Shown: positions 1 through 8,514 of the stretch, piece after piece
How positions within the stretch are numbered: position 1 is the first letter of the stretch
Layout: each line of letters opens with the position of its first letter
Assembly (NCBI GenBank): GCA_965221695.1
Contig: OZ244905.1
Coordinates: 3,008,001-3,072,000, forward strand
Direction: 5' to 3'
Source of the DNA: Gammaproteobacteria bacterium
Lineage (GTDB): Bacteria; Pseudomonadota; Gammaproteobacteria; Eutrophobiales; Eutrophobiaceae
DNA: 64,000 nt
The notes under the pieces: model-generated
The model's input: only the letters and a program-made list of their open reading frames with translations
Database searches by the model: none
Told to the model about the DNA's origin: nothing
Program-made: the position numbers and the translations under genes

Positions 1-3
1 AGT

Positions 4-408
4 GTGGGGATGGCGGACTATGATCTGGTACGGCGCGCCTACCCGGGCGCGCGCCGCACGACCCTGAAATTTGCCGAAGGCGGATATTGCGGGTGCAATC
101 TCTTTGCGCTGGACGGCGCGCGTGCAAGGGACATCATTTCATTATGGCAGCGGACCCAGACGCAACGAAAACGGCCCTGGCGCATGGTCCTGGGGTTATT
201 CGGTTTCGGGATGCTGGCGCAGTATGCCAGCGGTCGCATGAGTATGGATCGAGTGAGACAGGCGGTCCGGGAAGCCACCGGCATTGCGTTGGATTTTATC
301 TGTTTGCCGTTCCCGCATGCCGCCATCGACGTGGACACGCCCGCGGATCTGGAATTGGCGCAGAAGATTTTCAGGGAGCAGCTTGAGGGTACTGACTCCC
401 GGCGTTAG
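4..408 (+). CDS. nucleotidyltransferase (MobA/NTP_transf_3-like) family protein, C-terminal part (5' end outside window)
   Basis: Open from the window edge; GGYCGCNLF and terminal AIDVDTPADL motifs typical of MobA-like NTP transferases. Confidence 0.6.
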   Translation: MGMADYDLVRRAYPGARRTTLKFAEGGYCGCNLFALDGARARDIISLWQRTQTQRKRPWRMVLGLFGFGMLAQYASGRMSMDRVRQAVREATGIALDFICLPFPHAAIDVDTPADLELAQKIFREQLEGTDSRR

Positions 409-448
409 CCCACCCGCCTGGGATTGCGTATCGTCAAGCTTTCCTGCC

Positions 449-468
449 AGCGCGGGCGTCCCGCCGGC
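449..468 (+). repeat. degenerate REP-like palindrome, family A
   Basis: AGCGCGGGCGTCCCGCCGGC matches the core of the copies at 3577 and 14239; lies between convergent genes. Confidence 0.45.
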
Positions 469-558
469 AGGCAGGTGGGACGGCTGCAATCCCCGGGGGG
501 GCGCCATAGTTTTCCTTGGCTAATACCAAAAACTTCGTGTTTGAGCTTGTGTGCAAGT

Positions 559-1293
559 TCAAACATGGTGTTTAACCACGTCTTCAGCTCTGTCCAGGTC
601 CTTTTTGAAATCTATCTCGCACCAGCGCCGGCCGGCAATACTGCAGGCGCGTACCAGGGATTGCCCGGCAAGCCTGTCCACCACGCTCAGGAACCATAGC
701 CGCAGGGCGTCACCTTGCTTCATCTGCCGGTCCAGGCGCTCGCGAAACAATGCCGGACCTGTGCCCCGGAAGTACAACAGACCGATTGACTCCGCCATAG
801 TGTGCTCGTCAGGAAGAGTCTTGCCAACGGATTTCACCATGGAGTCCTCTAGTTCGACCCGCATATCGTCATTATCGTACCTGTCCTTGTAATCGATAGT
901 CAGGGTGACCGGCGCTTCAGGGGACTCGAATACCGTGTCCAATAATGCCGGTTCAAATAGCGTGTCGCCGTTCAGCAGAATGAAATCCCCGGACATTGCA
1001 TGGCGCGCCATCCAGCAACTTGCCAGATTATCCGATACGCTGTAAAACGGGTTGAAAATAATGTTTATCCTGTGCAGGTCGGCGCCAAAGCTATCTTTGA
1101 TATGCGCTTCAACGAGGTTCGAGTTAAACCCGGTGACAATATGCGCCTGTTCGATGCCAGCCGCCAGCAATTTCTGGATCTGCCATTCCAGGATGGTTTT
1201 GCCGGCCACGGGCAGCATACACTTGGGACGCGTCTCGGTCAGGGGCAGCAATCTTTTGCCCTGGCCGGCGCTTAAAATAATCGCATTGGTCAT
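559..1293 (-). CDS. phosphocholine cytidylyltransferase (LicC-like) / sugar nucleotidyltransferase family protein
   Basis: AIILSAGQGKRL..LT..RPKC, LLNGD and WCEIDF..DL motifs. Confidence 0.8.
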   Translation of the reverse strand: MTNAIILSAGQGKRLLPLTETRPKCMLPVAGKTILEWQIQKLLAAGIEQAHIVTGFNSNLVEAHIKDSFGADLHRINIIFNPFYSVSDNLASCWMARHAMSGDFILLNGDTLFEPALLDTVFESPEAPVTLTIDYKDRYDNDDMRVELEDSMVKSVGKTLPDEHTMAESIGLLYFRGTGPALFRERLDRQMKQGDALRLWFLSVVDRLAGQSLVRACSIAGRRWCEIDFKKDLDRAEDVVKHHV

Positions 1294-1404
1294 AAGATTC
1301 TCATTATTCCAGGCGGGTGTTATTGTCTGAGGTGAGCAGTTTAATGAAATTTATAATACAATCAAACCAACCTGGAAGAACTCCTGTCATCGACCGGATG
1401 CCGC

Positions 1405-2481
1405 ATGTCACATATTGATCGCTATATCATACGGGAAGTCCTCAGACCCTTCAGTTTTGTTCTAATCATCCTGGTCACGCTGTTTGCCTGTTTCAGCAGC
1501 GCGCGCTACCTGGCTGAAGCGGTGACTGAGACCCTGGGTATCTATTTCATGATCAAATTGATTTTGCTCAAGACATTTATTGCCCTGGAGGTCCTGATCC
1601 CGATCGCGCTTTACACGTCTGTTGTGATCGGCCTGGGCAGGCTGCACCGGGACCGGGAAATAGTGGCGCTGAACGCCGCCGGAGCCGGAAATAAACGCAT
1701 CATCGGCCCGGTTATCCTGGTATCCATACCGATCGCGCTGGCTGTCGGCGCGTTGTCCCTGCACGGCCGGCCCTGGGCTTACGAAAACAGTTATATCCTG
1801 GATGCCATGGCCAAGGCCGATTTGAATACCGACCGGTTTCAGGCGGGACGTTTTTACGGCAATGAAGACAACGGCACGGTGGTTTTTATTGCCGATAAGC
1901 AGCGCATCAGCGGCGAGATGTCCGGGATATTTTACTATACGCGCAAAGGTGAAGTCAGTGAGGTCACTACGGCGGCGCGCGCCCGGCAGGACAAGAGCCT
2001 GGAAGATGGCAGGCTGCAGTTGACGCTTGACAACGGATTGCTGTACAGGTTGCAGCACAACTCCATGGAAGATGAAGTGGCGCGCTACGAAAAACTGATC
2101 AGGTTTCATGACGACCCCGAAATCAGCATCGGCTATCGGCGCAAGGCCCAGACGACTCCTACCCTGCTTAAATCCGACAATCCTGAGGATATTGCGGAAG
2201 CCCAGTGGCGTCTGTCCCGGCCACTGGCCGCGCTGTTGCTTGCATTGATTGCGATTCCCTTAAGCCATACCAACTCAAGACAGGGAAAAAATGAGAGAGT
2301 GTTCATGGCCGCATTGATTTTTGCGGTGTATTACAACCTCAGTGGTGTAGCCCAGACCTGGGTGGAACAAGGTGTGATGGATGAAATGCCCGGCGTTTGG
2401 TGGTTGCACGGAGTCATGGCGCTGGTGGTTTCGCTGTTCCTGTTCCAGAGATTTTACCGGCGTTTGTTGCCTGGCCTATGA
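1405..2481 (+). CDS. lptF: LptF-family permease (probably a paralogue)
   Basis: IDRYI.RE N-terminus, LGRLHRDREIVAL.AAG, QWRLSRPL..L..IPL; 3 TM + periplasmic domain + 3 TM. Confidence 0.85.
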   Translation: MSHIDRYIIREVLRPFSFVLIILVTLFACFSSARYLAEAVTETLGIYFMIKLILLKTFIALEVLIPIALYTSVVIGLGRLHRDREIVALNAAGAGNKRIIGPVILVSIPIALAVGALSLHGRPWAYENSYILDAMAKADLNTDRFQAGRFYGNEDNGTVVFIADKQRISGEMSGIFYYTRKGEVSEVTTAARARQDKSLEDGRLQLTLDNGLLYRLQHNSMEDEVARYEKLIRFHDDPEISIGYRRKAQTTPTLLKSDNPEDIAEAQWRLSRPLAALLLALIAIPLSHTNSRQGKNERVFMAALIFAVYYNLSGVAQTWVEQGVMDEMPGVWWLHGVMALVVSLFLFQRFYRRLLPGL

Positions 2482-3542
2482 GCGCGCTTGAAACCTACCT
2501 GATGCGCCGGATCTGCATGGGGTTGTTGATTGCCACGGCAGTATTGCTGCCGCTGTTCAGCTTTTTCGACCTGATAGAACAGATGGAGGATATCGGTCAA
2601 GGTTTCTATCGTATGGAGGATGCGTTTTACATTGTGCTGTTGATGTTGCCCAGGCGTTTGATCCAACTGCTCCCGTTTATTGCGCTGATCGGCAATGTCA
2701 TAGCGCTGGGGCGGCTGGCGTATAATTCGGAAATCACCGCCATGCGCGCAGCCGGACTGTCGCCCGCGCGTATCAGCCTGGCGTCTTTCAAAGTCGGTCT
2801 GTGCTTGCTGCTGTTGCTGGGCGCGCTGGAGCAGGTGGTCGCGCCGGCAATGCAGAGCAAAGCTATTGCCCACCGCCTGGAAGCCTTGAACCAGAGCGCG
2901 GAACTGGGCGAGGACCTGGGTATCTGGACGCGTAATGAAAATCAGGTATTGCGGCTCGGGGGATCGATTCGCGCGGCCTATGTGCAGGATGTGGAAATAT
3001 TCACCTTGGATCAGCAGGGCCTGCTTACTGCCTATATACATGCGCAAGGCGCGGAGATCATCAGCAAAGACAATTGGACTCTGCATGAAGTGACCATGAA
3101 GGAGTTCAACGGCACTGAGGTGAGCTCTCGCTTTTCCGCGCGCCTGGACTGGAAGCCGTTTCTTAGCGCCGAGCAGGTATCCACGCTGACCAGGCCGGCG
3201 GAAAGCCTGGCGCCGGCAGAGTTGTACCGCCATATTCAGTACCTGAAACAAACCGGGCAGCAGCATGATGAGATTTTGCTGACCTACTGGCGAAAATTTG
3301 GCGCAGGGTTGATCATGCTGGCCATGTTACTGCTGTCAGTCCCGTTCGTCTTCGGTTCCAGACAAGCCGGCATCGGTTCCCGGCTGGCGCTGGCGGGGGT
3401 CACCGGCATTTGTGTCTACTTGCTGGACCAGATTCTGTCCAATGCCGGATTATTGTTGGACCTGAACCATGCGTTGGTAGCGTTGACGCCTGGACTGGCC
3501 CTGATGTTCATAGCCAGTCTGTGGCTGCAACGAGTGCCCTGA
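2478..3542 (+). CDS. lptG: LptG-family permease (probably a paralogue)
   Basis: ATG 2478 overlaps the lptF stop (ATGA); LGRLAYNSEITAMRAAGLS, LTRPAESL and VPFVFGSR motifs. Confidence 0.85.
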   Translation: MSALETYLMRRICMGLLIATAVLLPLFSFFDLIEQMEDIGQGFYRMEDAFYIVLLMLPRRLIQLLPFIALIGNVIALGRLAYNSEITAMRAAGLSPARISLASFKVGLCLLLLLGALEQVVAPAMQSKAIAHRLEALNQSAELGEDLGIWTRNENQVLRLGGSIRAAYVQDVEIFTLDQQGLLTAYIHAQGAEIISKDNWTLHEVTMKEFNGTEVSSRFSARLDWKPFLSAEQVSTLTRPAESLAPAELYRHIQYLKQTGQQHDEILLTYWRKFGAGLIMLAMLLLSVPFVFGSRQAGIGSRLALAGVTGICVYLLDQILSNAGLLLDLNHALVALTPGLALMFIASLWLQRVP

Positions 3543-3576
3543 GCAACAGCGCCGTGCCGGAAAGGGTTAACTCCAG

Positions 3577-3608
3577 CCGCCGGGAGCGCGGGCGTCTCGC
3601 CCGCGTCA
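3577..3608 (+). repeat. REP-like palindrome, family A
   Basis: CCGCCGGGAGCGCGGGCGTCTCGCCCGCGTCA; 29/32 identical to the reverse complement of 14239-14270. Confidence 0.7.
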
Positions 3609-3651
3609 CCAGGCAATCGTGTCGTTTACAAGGTGATCTCTGCAGGAATGA

Positions 3652-4560
3652 TTAATTCCTGATTTCAGTGTCCAGCTTCAGTTCAAATTTGTCCGTATCA
3701 TCGTTATGTAAGAATGACCTGATCCGAGTCTGCCAGCCGGTCCGGCGTCTGCTTACCTGGTAGAGGTTATAGCCCGCTTTTTTCTCCGGGTCGTTATAAC
3801 ATGCCGAGGCTGAAGGCGCTCCGAACACCGGGATGCGCCAGGTTCCGGCTTGCAACGTTGCGCGCATCTGCCGGTGTCCGTGGCCATGGACGATTAACTC
3901 TGCGCCGGGTCCGGCCAGGGTCGAGAGCAGTTGCTCCGTATCGGATAATCCGCGTCGGAAGCTCATGGAGTGCGGACTGTGATGCAGGATCAGAACGCGA
4001 TACAGGCCCCGCTGCGCGGCGGTTTCAAGCAGGCGACCAAGGCGTTGTAACTGTTCCTTGCCCAGCTTGCCGCTGGCGAAGAACGGCGGCGTGGGAACGG
4101 CGCTGGAAAGGCCGATGAGCGCGACCGGACCGCGTGTCCGCAGATACGGGAAACCTGGCGCGTGATCCTGATCGTCAGGGTCGCTTTGCATCCAGGCGCG
4201 CCAGCGTCCGATCGTTGCGGCCAGATCAGAGTCAATATAACGATCATGATTCCCCGGCACAATTGAGATATAATCCGAGGCGCCGACGCTGTGTAACCAG
4301 GCTTCGGCTTCCTGGCATTCGTTTGCCGTGCCAAGGTGCGTGAAATCCCCGCTGATAATCAGGTGCTCGGGTTGTTGGTTGCTCAGTTCAGCAAGCGCGC
4401 GGGATAGGACTTGCCTGCTGTGGGACCGGCGTCGTTTTATACGCCAGGAGAGATAGCCAAGGACGCGTTTATTGGCTAATTCACGCCATGTAACAGAGTT
4501 TAATGAGGTCAGGTGCGGGTCCGAAAGGTGCGCGAGGGTCAGGCTGGCTTTCATTGTCAT
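3652..4560 (-). CDS. metallophosphoesterase (calcineurin-like)
   Basis: HLSDPH, SGDFT, PGNHD, HHSP and HGHGH metal-binding motifs; start (4560 or 4554) uncertain. Confidence 0.85.
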   Translation of the reverse strand: MTMKASLTLAHLSDPHLTSLNSVTWRELANKRVLGYLSWRIKRRRSHSRQVLSRALAELSNQQPEHLIISGDFTHLGTANECQEAEAWLHSVGASDYISIVPGNHDRYIDSDLAATIGRWRAWMQSDPDDQDHAPGFPYLRTRGPVALIGLSSAVPTPPFFASGKLGKEQLQRLGRLLETAAQRGLYRVLILHHSPHSMSFRRGLSDTEQLLSTLAGPGAELIVHGHGHRQMRATLQAGTWRIPVFGAPSASACYNDPEKKAGYNLYQVSRRRTGWQTRIRSFLHNDDTDKFELKLDTEIRN

Positions 4561-4691
4561 CAATTCAGAGGATATTGTTGGGATTCCATAAACCACAGAA
4601 TGCGCAGAATAGCACGAATCGTTATTCGGGGGTCATGGGAGACAGCCCGGCGGTAGCGCGGAGATCAGGCGTTCCAGCTAGGTTGACCTGA

Positions 4692-5645
4692 ATGGCACAG
4701 CAAGATATACCGCAGGCATTGATCGATCGTATCGCGCAACAGTGCGCTGGTCCCGCGCCTGCTTCCTGCGCGTTGATTGTCGAGGCGTTGAAGGAGACCT
4801 ACGCCGCCGCCCTGTCAGGCATCCTGTTTTATGGTTCCTGTTCCAGGAGCGACTCCATGCAGGACGGCATCGCCGATGTGTTTGTGCTCGTCGACAGCTA
4901 CCGTAATGCTTACCCCAAACGGCGACAGGCCTGGCTCAACGCCTGTCTGCCGCCCAACATCTGCTACCGGGAAATTCCCTGTGACGGCGCGCCGGTGCGG
5001 CTGAAACTGGCTGTCATCAGCATCGCGGATTTCAGCCACGGCATCTGCCACGGCTTTCACCCCTACCTGTGGGGGCGCTTCGCGCAGCCTACTACTATTC
5101 TCTATGCCAGCGCTGAAGCAACGCGCCGCGAATTTCAACGCCTCATGGCGCAGTCCGTGCTGACGCTGCTGAGAACCACGCTGCCCACTCTGCAGGGCAC
5201 AATCAGCGATTCGGAAACGATTTGGACCAATGCGTTATCCTTGTCCTACTCAACCGAATTCCGGGCCGAACCCGACTCCAAGGCTGCGCAACTGGCACGC
5301 TATCATCATGCCGCGTTTGCGGCCTTGCTGGATGCCTCGCTGCCTGCTCTAAAGACCTCACTATGCCGCGCAGGCGCCGGCAGTTACCGAGCGCTCGGCA
5401 ATGCCGAATGCGCGCGCCGGGCGCGCAGGCAATGGCTTCACCGCCGCCGGTTGGGACGCATGCTGTGGGGGCTGAGGCTGATCAAAGCGACGCTTACCTT
5501 CAGCAACGGCGCCGATTATGCGGCCTGGAAGATCGAACGCCATACGGGTGTGAAGATAGATGTTACCCCCAGGCTGCGGCGATATCCGTTGTTGTTCGGT
5601 TGGGGAGCGCTGCTCAAACTGGTCAGGCAGGGGATCTTAAAATGA
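4692..5645 (+). CDS. Tam41/Mmp37-like nucleotidyltransferase (putative lipid cytidylyltransferase)
   Basis: LFYGSC..S...GIADVFVLVD pol-beta-type NTase signature, WGRFAQP, DYAAWKIERH; lipid-cluster context. Confidence 0.55.
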   Translation: MAQQDIPQALIDRIAQQCAGPAPASCALIVEALKETYAAALSGILFYGSCSRSDSMQDGIADVFVLVDSYRNAYPKRRQAWLNACLPPNICYREIPCDGAPVRLKLAVISIADFSHGICHGFHPYLWGRFAQPTTILYASAEATRREFQRLMAQSVLTLLRTTLPTLQGTISDSETIWTNALSLSYSTEFRAEPDSKAAQLARYHHAAFAALLDASLPALKTSLCRAGAGSYRALGNAECARRARRQWLHRRRLGRMLWGLRLIKATLTFSNGADYAAWKIERHTGVKIDVTPRLRRYPLLFGWGALLKLVRQGILK

Positions 5646-5734
5646 GGCAAGCCCGAATAACTCTGGTTCGCTTGTCAGTGTCTAACGGTTTGCCCAGCAT
5701 GAGCTATTCAGGTTTGATAAGCTTTCTCTGAGCT

Positions 5735-6496
5735 ATGGCGGAACAAAAGAAAAAACGCCGCCCCAGCGTGGCGCTGGGGCTGTGGATCATCAAGCGCATA
5801 GAGCGGGCGCTGATCAGGTATTCGCTGGTTCCGGACACGCCGTTTCTCGATCCCCTGGAATTTTCCTGGGTGCGCACCCTGGAGGCCGATTGGACAGTGA
5901 TCCGTGCGGAACTTGACCGGTTGTTGCAAGCCCCCGAGCGTATCCCGAATTTCCATGAGATCTCGCGCGATCAGTACAACATAACACGGGACGACAAGTG
6001 GAAATCATACTTCCTCTACGGCTATGGCTACAAGATGGAAAACAACTGCGAGGCCTGCCCGGAGACCACGCGCATCCTGGAATCGATACCGGATATGTTT
6101 ACCGCATTTTTTTCCGTACTGGCGCCGGGCAAACACATCCCCCTGCACCGCGGACCCTACCGAGGCCTGTTACGTTGCCACCTGGCTCTGGTCGTGCCCG
6201 AACCGCGCCAGGACTGCTGGATCGAGGTGGGTGGCGAGACCAGCGCCTGGGAGGAAGGCCGTTGTATTGTGTTCGATGATACCTACCAGCATCGGGTCGA
6301 GAACAATACCGCCGGCAGACGGGTGGTGCTGTTTATCGACATCAAGCGGCCGTTGAGGTTTCCCGGGTCGCTGCTGAACCGGATCGTGCTGTTCCTGATC
6401 CGCCTCTCGCCCTATATCCAGGATGCCCGCCGCAACCAGGTGGCCTGGGAAAAGCGCCTGGGCGAACCGGAGAAAGAACAACGAGAATCCTTATAA
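5735..6496 (+). CDS. Asp/Asn beta-hydroxylase (LpxO-like) Fe(II)/2OG dioxygenase
   Basis: FSVLAPGKHIPLHRGPY.G.LRCHLAL, WEEG..IVFDDTYQH, RVVLFID. Confidence 0.85.
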   Translation: MAEQKKKRRPSVALGLWIIKRIERALIRYSLVPDTPFLDPLEFSWVRTLEADWTVIRAELDRLLQAPERIPNFHEISRDQYNITRDDKWKSYFLYGYGYKMENNCEACPETTRILESIPDMFTAFFSVLAPGKHIPLHRGPYRGLLRCHLALVVPEPRQDCWIEVGGETSAWEEGRCIVFDDTYQHRVENNTAGRRVVLFIDIKRPLRFPGSLLNRIVLFLIRLSPYIQDARRNQVAWEKRLGEPEKEQRESL

Positions 6497-6510
6497 GGAA
6501 GCGTTGCTTA

Positions 6511-6661
6511 CTGGACTCCCGCTTCCGCGGGAGTGGTACGGTGGCAGTGTTCACGCAAGCGCCCTCCAGCCCATTCCCGCGTAAGTGGGAATCCAGTGAG
6601 ACAAAGAGTCGCCCTTCGGGCGGCACAGTATTGAACTGGACTCCTGCTTTCGCGGGAGTGG
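6511..6661. repeat. composite palindromic element, family C (three alternating ~26-bp units)
   Basis: CTGGACTCCCGCTTCCGCGGGAGTGG (6511), CCATTCCCGCGTAAGTGGGAATCCAG (6571, inverted), CTGGACTCCTGCTTTCGCGGGAGTGG (6636). Confidence 0.8.
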
Positions 6662-6702
6662 TATGGTGGCGCTGTTCACGGGAATGGTGGCTATCCGAGC
6701 TA

Positions 6703-7659
6703 TCACCGCGAAATAAAATCCAGGGTCGTTTCAGCCAATTGCTTCCGGTCCTGCTCGGATTTCATCACGGTGCCGGTGATTTTCACTTTGATTCCCAGCT
6801 TTTCGATGGCGGCTGCCTCATGCTTGTCGCCGCGGTCGATAACCAGCCCATCCAGGATGTCGCGGTAATAGTCTGCGATGGCCAGGTTGCCGGGCGTGAT
6901 GCCCAGTTCGGCCATGATCTTTGCGGCGGGGCCTTTCAGGGCTTTCCCGCCGACGATGGGTGATACTGCGACCACCGGCGTACTGATGGATTGCAGGCCA
7001 GTGCGGATGCCTTGCAGGGACAGGATCGGATCGATACTCAGGAACGGGTTTGACGGGCACAGGATCACCGCGTCCAGTTGCGGGCTGTTGAGCAGCGCGG
7101 CAAATTCCGGGTGCGCGCGGGCCGTGTCAACGCCGTCGAAGCGGATGCCCCGCACGTGCGGCCGGCAACCCAGGCGCACGAAGTAGTCCTGGAACGGTAG
7201 TTCTCCCCGGTCGGTCAGGATAACCGTGCGCAACGCGTCGTCGCTCATCGGCAGGACCCGGTGCGCAACACCGAAAGCGTCACATAATGTCCTGGTGGCC
7301 TCGGCCAGTCCCATGCCCTGTTGCAATGCGAGGTTGCGGCGCACATGCGTAGCCAGGTCCCTGTCTCCCAGGTTGAACCAATCCAGCCCGTCAAAGCGGG
7401 CGATGGCTTTCATGAAGTTCCAGGTTTCGCCGGCCAGTCCCCAGCCCCGTTCCGGGTCCGCCACCCCGGCCAGCGTGTACATGACCGTATCCAGGTCGGG
7501 CGAGACCGGCAGGCCCAGGCGCCGGAAGTCATCGCCGGTGTTGACCACGATCAGGAGTTCCTCCGGTTTCAGGATCATACTCAGCCCATGGGCCAGTTTT
7601 GCGCCGCCTACGCCGCCGCACAAGGCCAGGATGGACTTCCCCGGAGTTTCCATGATCAC
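6703..7659 (-). CDS. cofD: 2-phospho-L-lactate transferase (F420 biosynthesis)
   Basis: LCGGVGGAKLA.GL, VNTGDDF..LGL.VSPDLDTVMYTLAG, WF.LGDRDLATH, PSNPFLSIDPIL, ALKGPAAKIM. Confidence 0.93.
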   Translation of the reverse strand: MIMETPGKSILALCGGVGGAKLAHGLSMILKPEELLIVVNTGDDFRRLGLPVSPDLDTVMYTLAGVADPERGWGLAGETWNFMKAIARFDGLDWFNLGDRDLATHVRRNLALQQGMGLAEATRTLCDAFGVAHRVLPMSDDALRTVILTDRGELPFQDYFVRLGCRPHVRGIRFDGVDTARAHPEFAALLNSPQLDAVILCPSNPFLSIDPILSLQGIRTGLQSISTPVVAVSPIVGGKALKGPAAKIMAELGITPGNLAIADYYRDILDGLVIDRGDKHEAAAIEKLGIKVKITGTVMKSEQDRKQLAETTLDFISR

Positions 7660-8432
7660 CTGAACAAGTCCTTGTCCGCCGCCCTGATCAAGGCCGCGGC
7701 GTTATTGTGCGGGCCATCCAGCTCCAGACCTTTGACCAACACCACTGGGATTCCCTGGCCAGCCTGTCCCATGAGCAGCGATGCGGCGGCGGCAATATCA
7801 TCGGCGATGCCCGCCTCGGTCACCCGCAACGGGGTTCCATGCAGGTCGGACTCGCCGCGCAAATCCAGCAAGCAGGGCAGGCCGGCGGCGCCGATGGCAA
7901 TACCGGTGACGCCGTTACGCCAGGCGCGCCCGGCGCTGTCGTTGATGATGACGCCGATGTCCAGCGCCAGGTGTTGCCGGATGGCGGCATGGATGCGCGC
8001 AGCGCTGGCATCGGGATTTTCCGGCAACAGCAGCGCCCGTTCGGAACGGGCGTTCTGCGGGATATTGGAATGGTCGATGCCGGCATTGGCATGGACGAAG
8101 CCCAACTTGTGCTCGACGATAAGCACATCCCGCCGATACCTGACCACCCGTTTCGACTGGGACAGGATCAGTTCCACCAGGCGCGGGTCTTTGCCGGTCT
8201 CCCCGGCCAGTTCCAGGGCGCGTGCCGAAGGCGCGACCCCGGCCAGGTCTGCATAGCGGTCCTCCGCTTTGGAGACGATCTTCTGCGCGATCACCAGGAT
8301 ATCGCCGTCAGTAACCGGATACTCCCGCAATCGCACCGCCAACAGCGCCGCCAGGTCCGTGCCGGGCATGATTTCAGGCAGGCCGCGCAACGGCAGCAAT
8401 TGTATGCCGTCAACGGGTTTGCTGTGGGTCAT
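7656..8432 (-). CDS. cofE: coenzyme F420-0:L-glutamate ligase
   Basis: GLPEI.PG.DL, DILVIAQKIVSKAE, ANAGIDHSN, LLPENPDASA, DSAGRAWRNG, terminal DLFR. Confidence 0.93.
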   Translation of the reverse strand: MTHSKPVDGIQLLPLRGLPEIMPGTDLAALLAVRLREYPVTDGDILVIAQKIVSKAEDRYADLAGVAPSARALELAGETGKDPRLVELILSQSKRVVRYRRDVLIVEHKLGFVHANAGIDHSNIPQNARSERALLLPENPDASAARIHAAIRQHLALDIGVIINDSAGRAWRNGVTGIAIGAAGLPCLLDLRGESDLHGTPLRVTEAGIADDIAAAASLLMGQAGQGIPVVLVKGLELDGPHNNAAALIRAADKDLFR

Positions 8433-8514
8433 GGCGCAAGTATCTCATCGTTCGATGCATAGGGTTATAATACCTTGTCTGACAGTTAACAAAGTTTCTC
8501 AAATCAGACTAATC

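Noticed and set aside
6511-6661. CRISPR-like spacing of repeats
   Set aside because: Units alternate in orientation, a spacer is conserved at another locus, and there are no cas genes.
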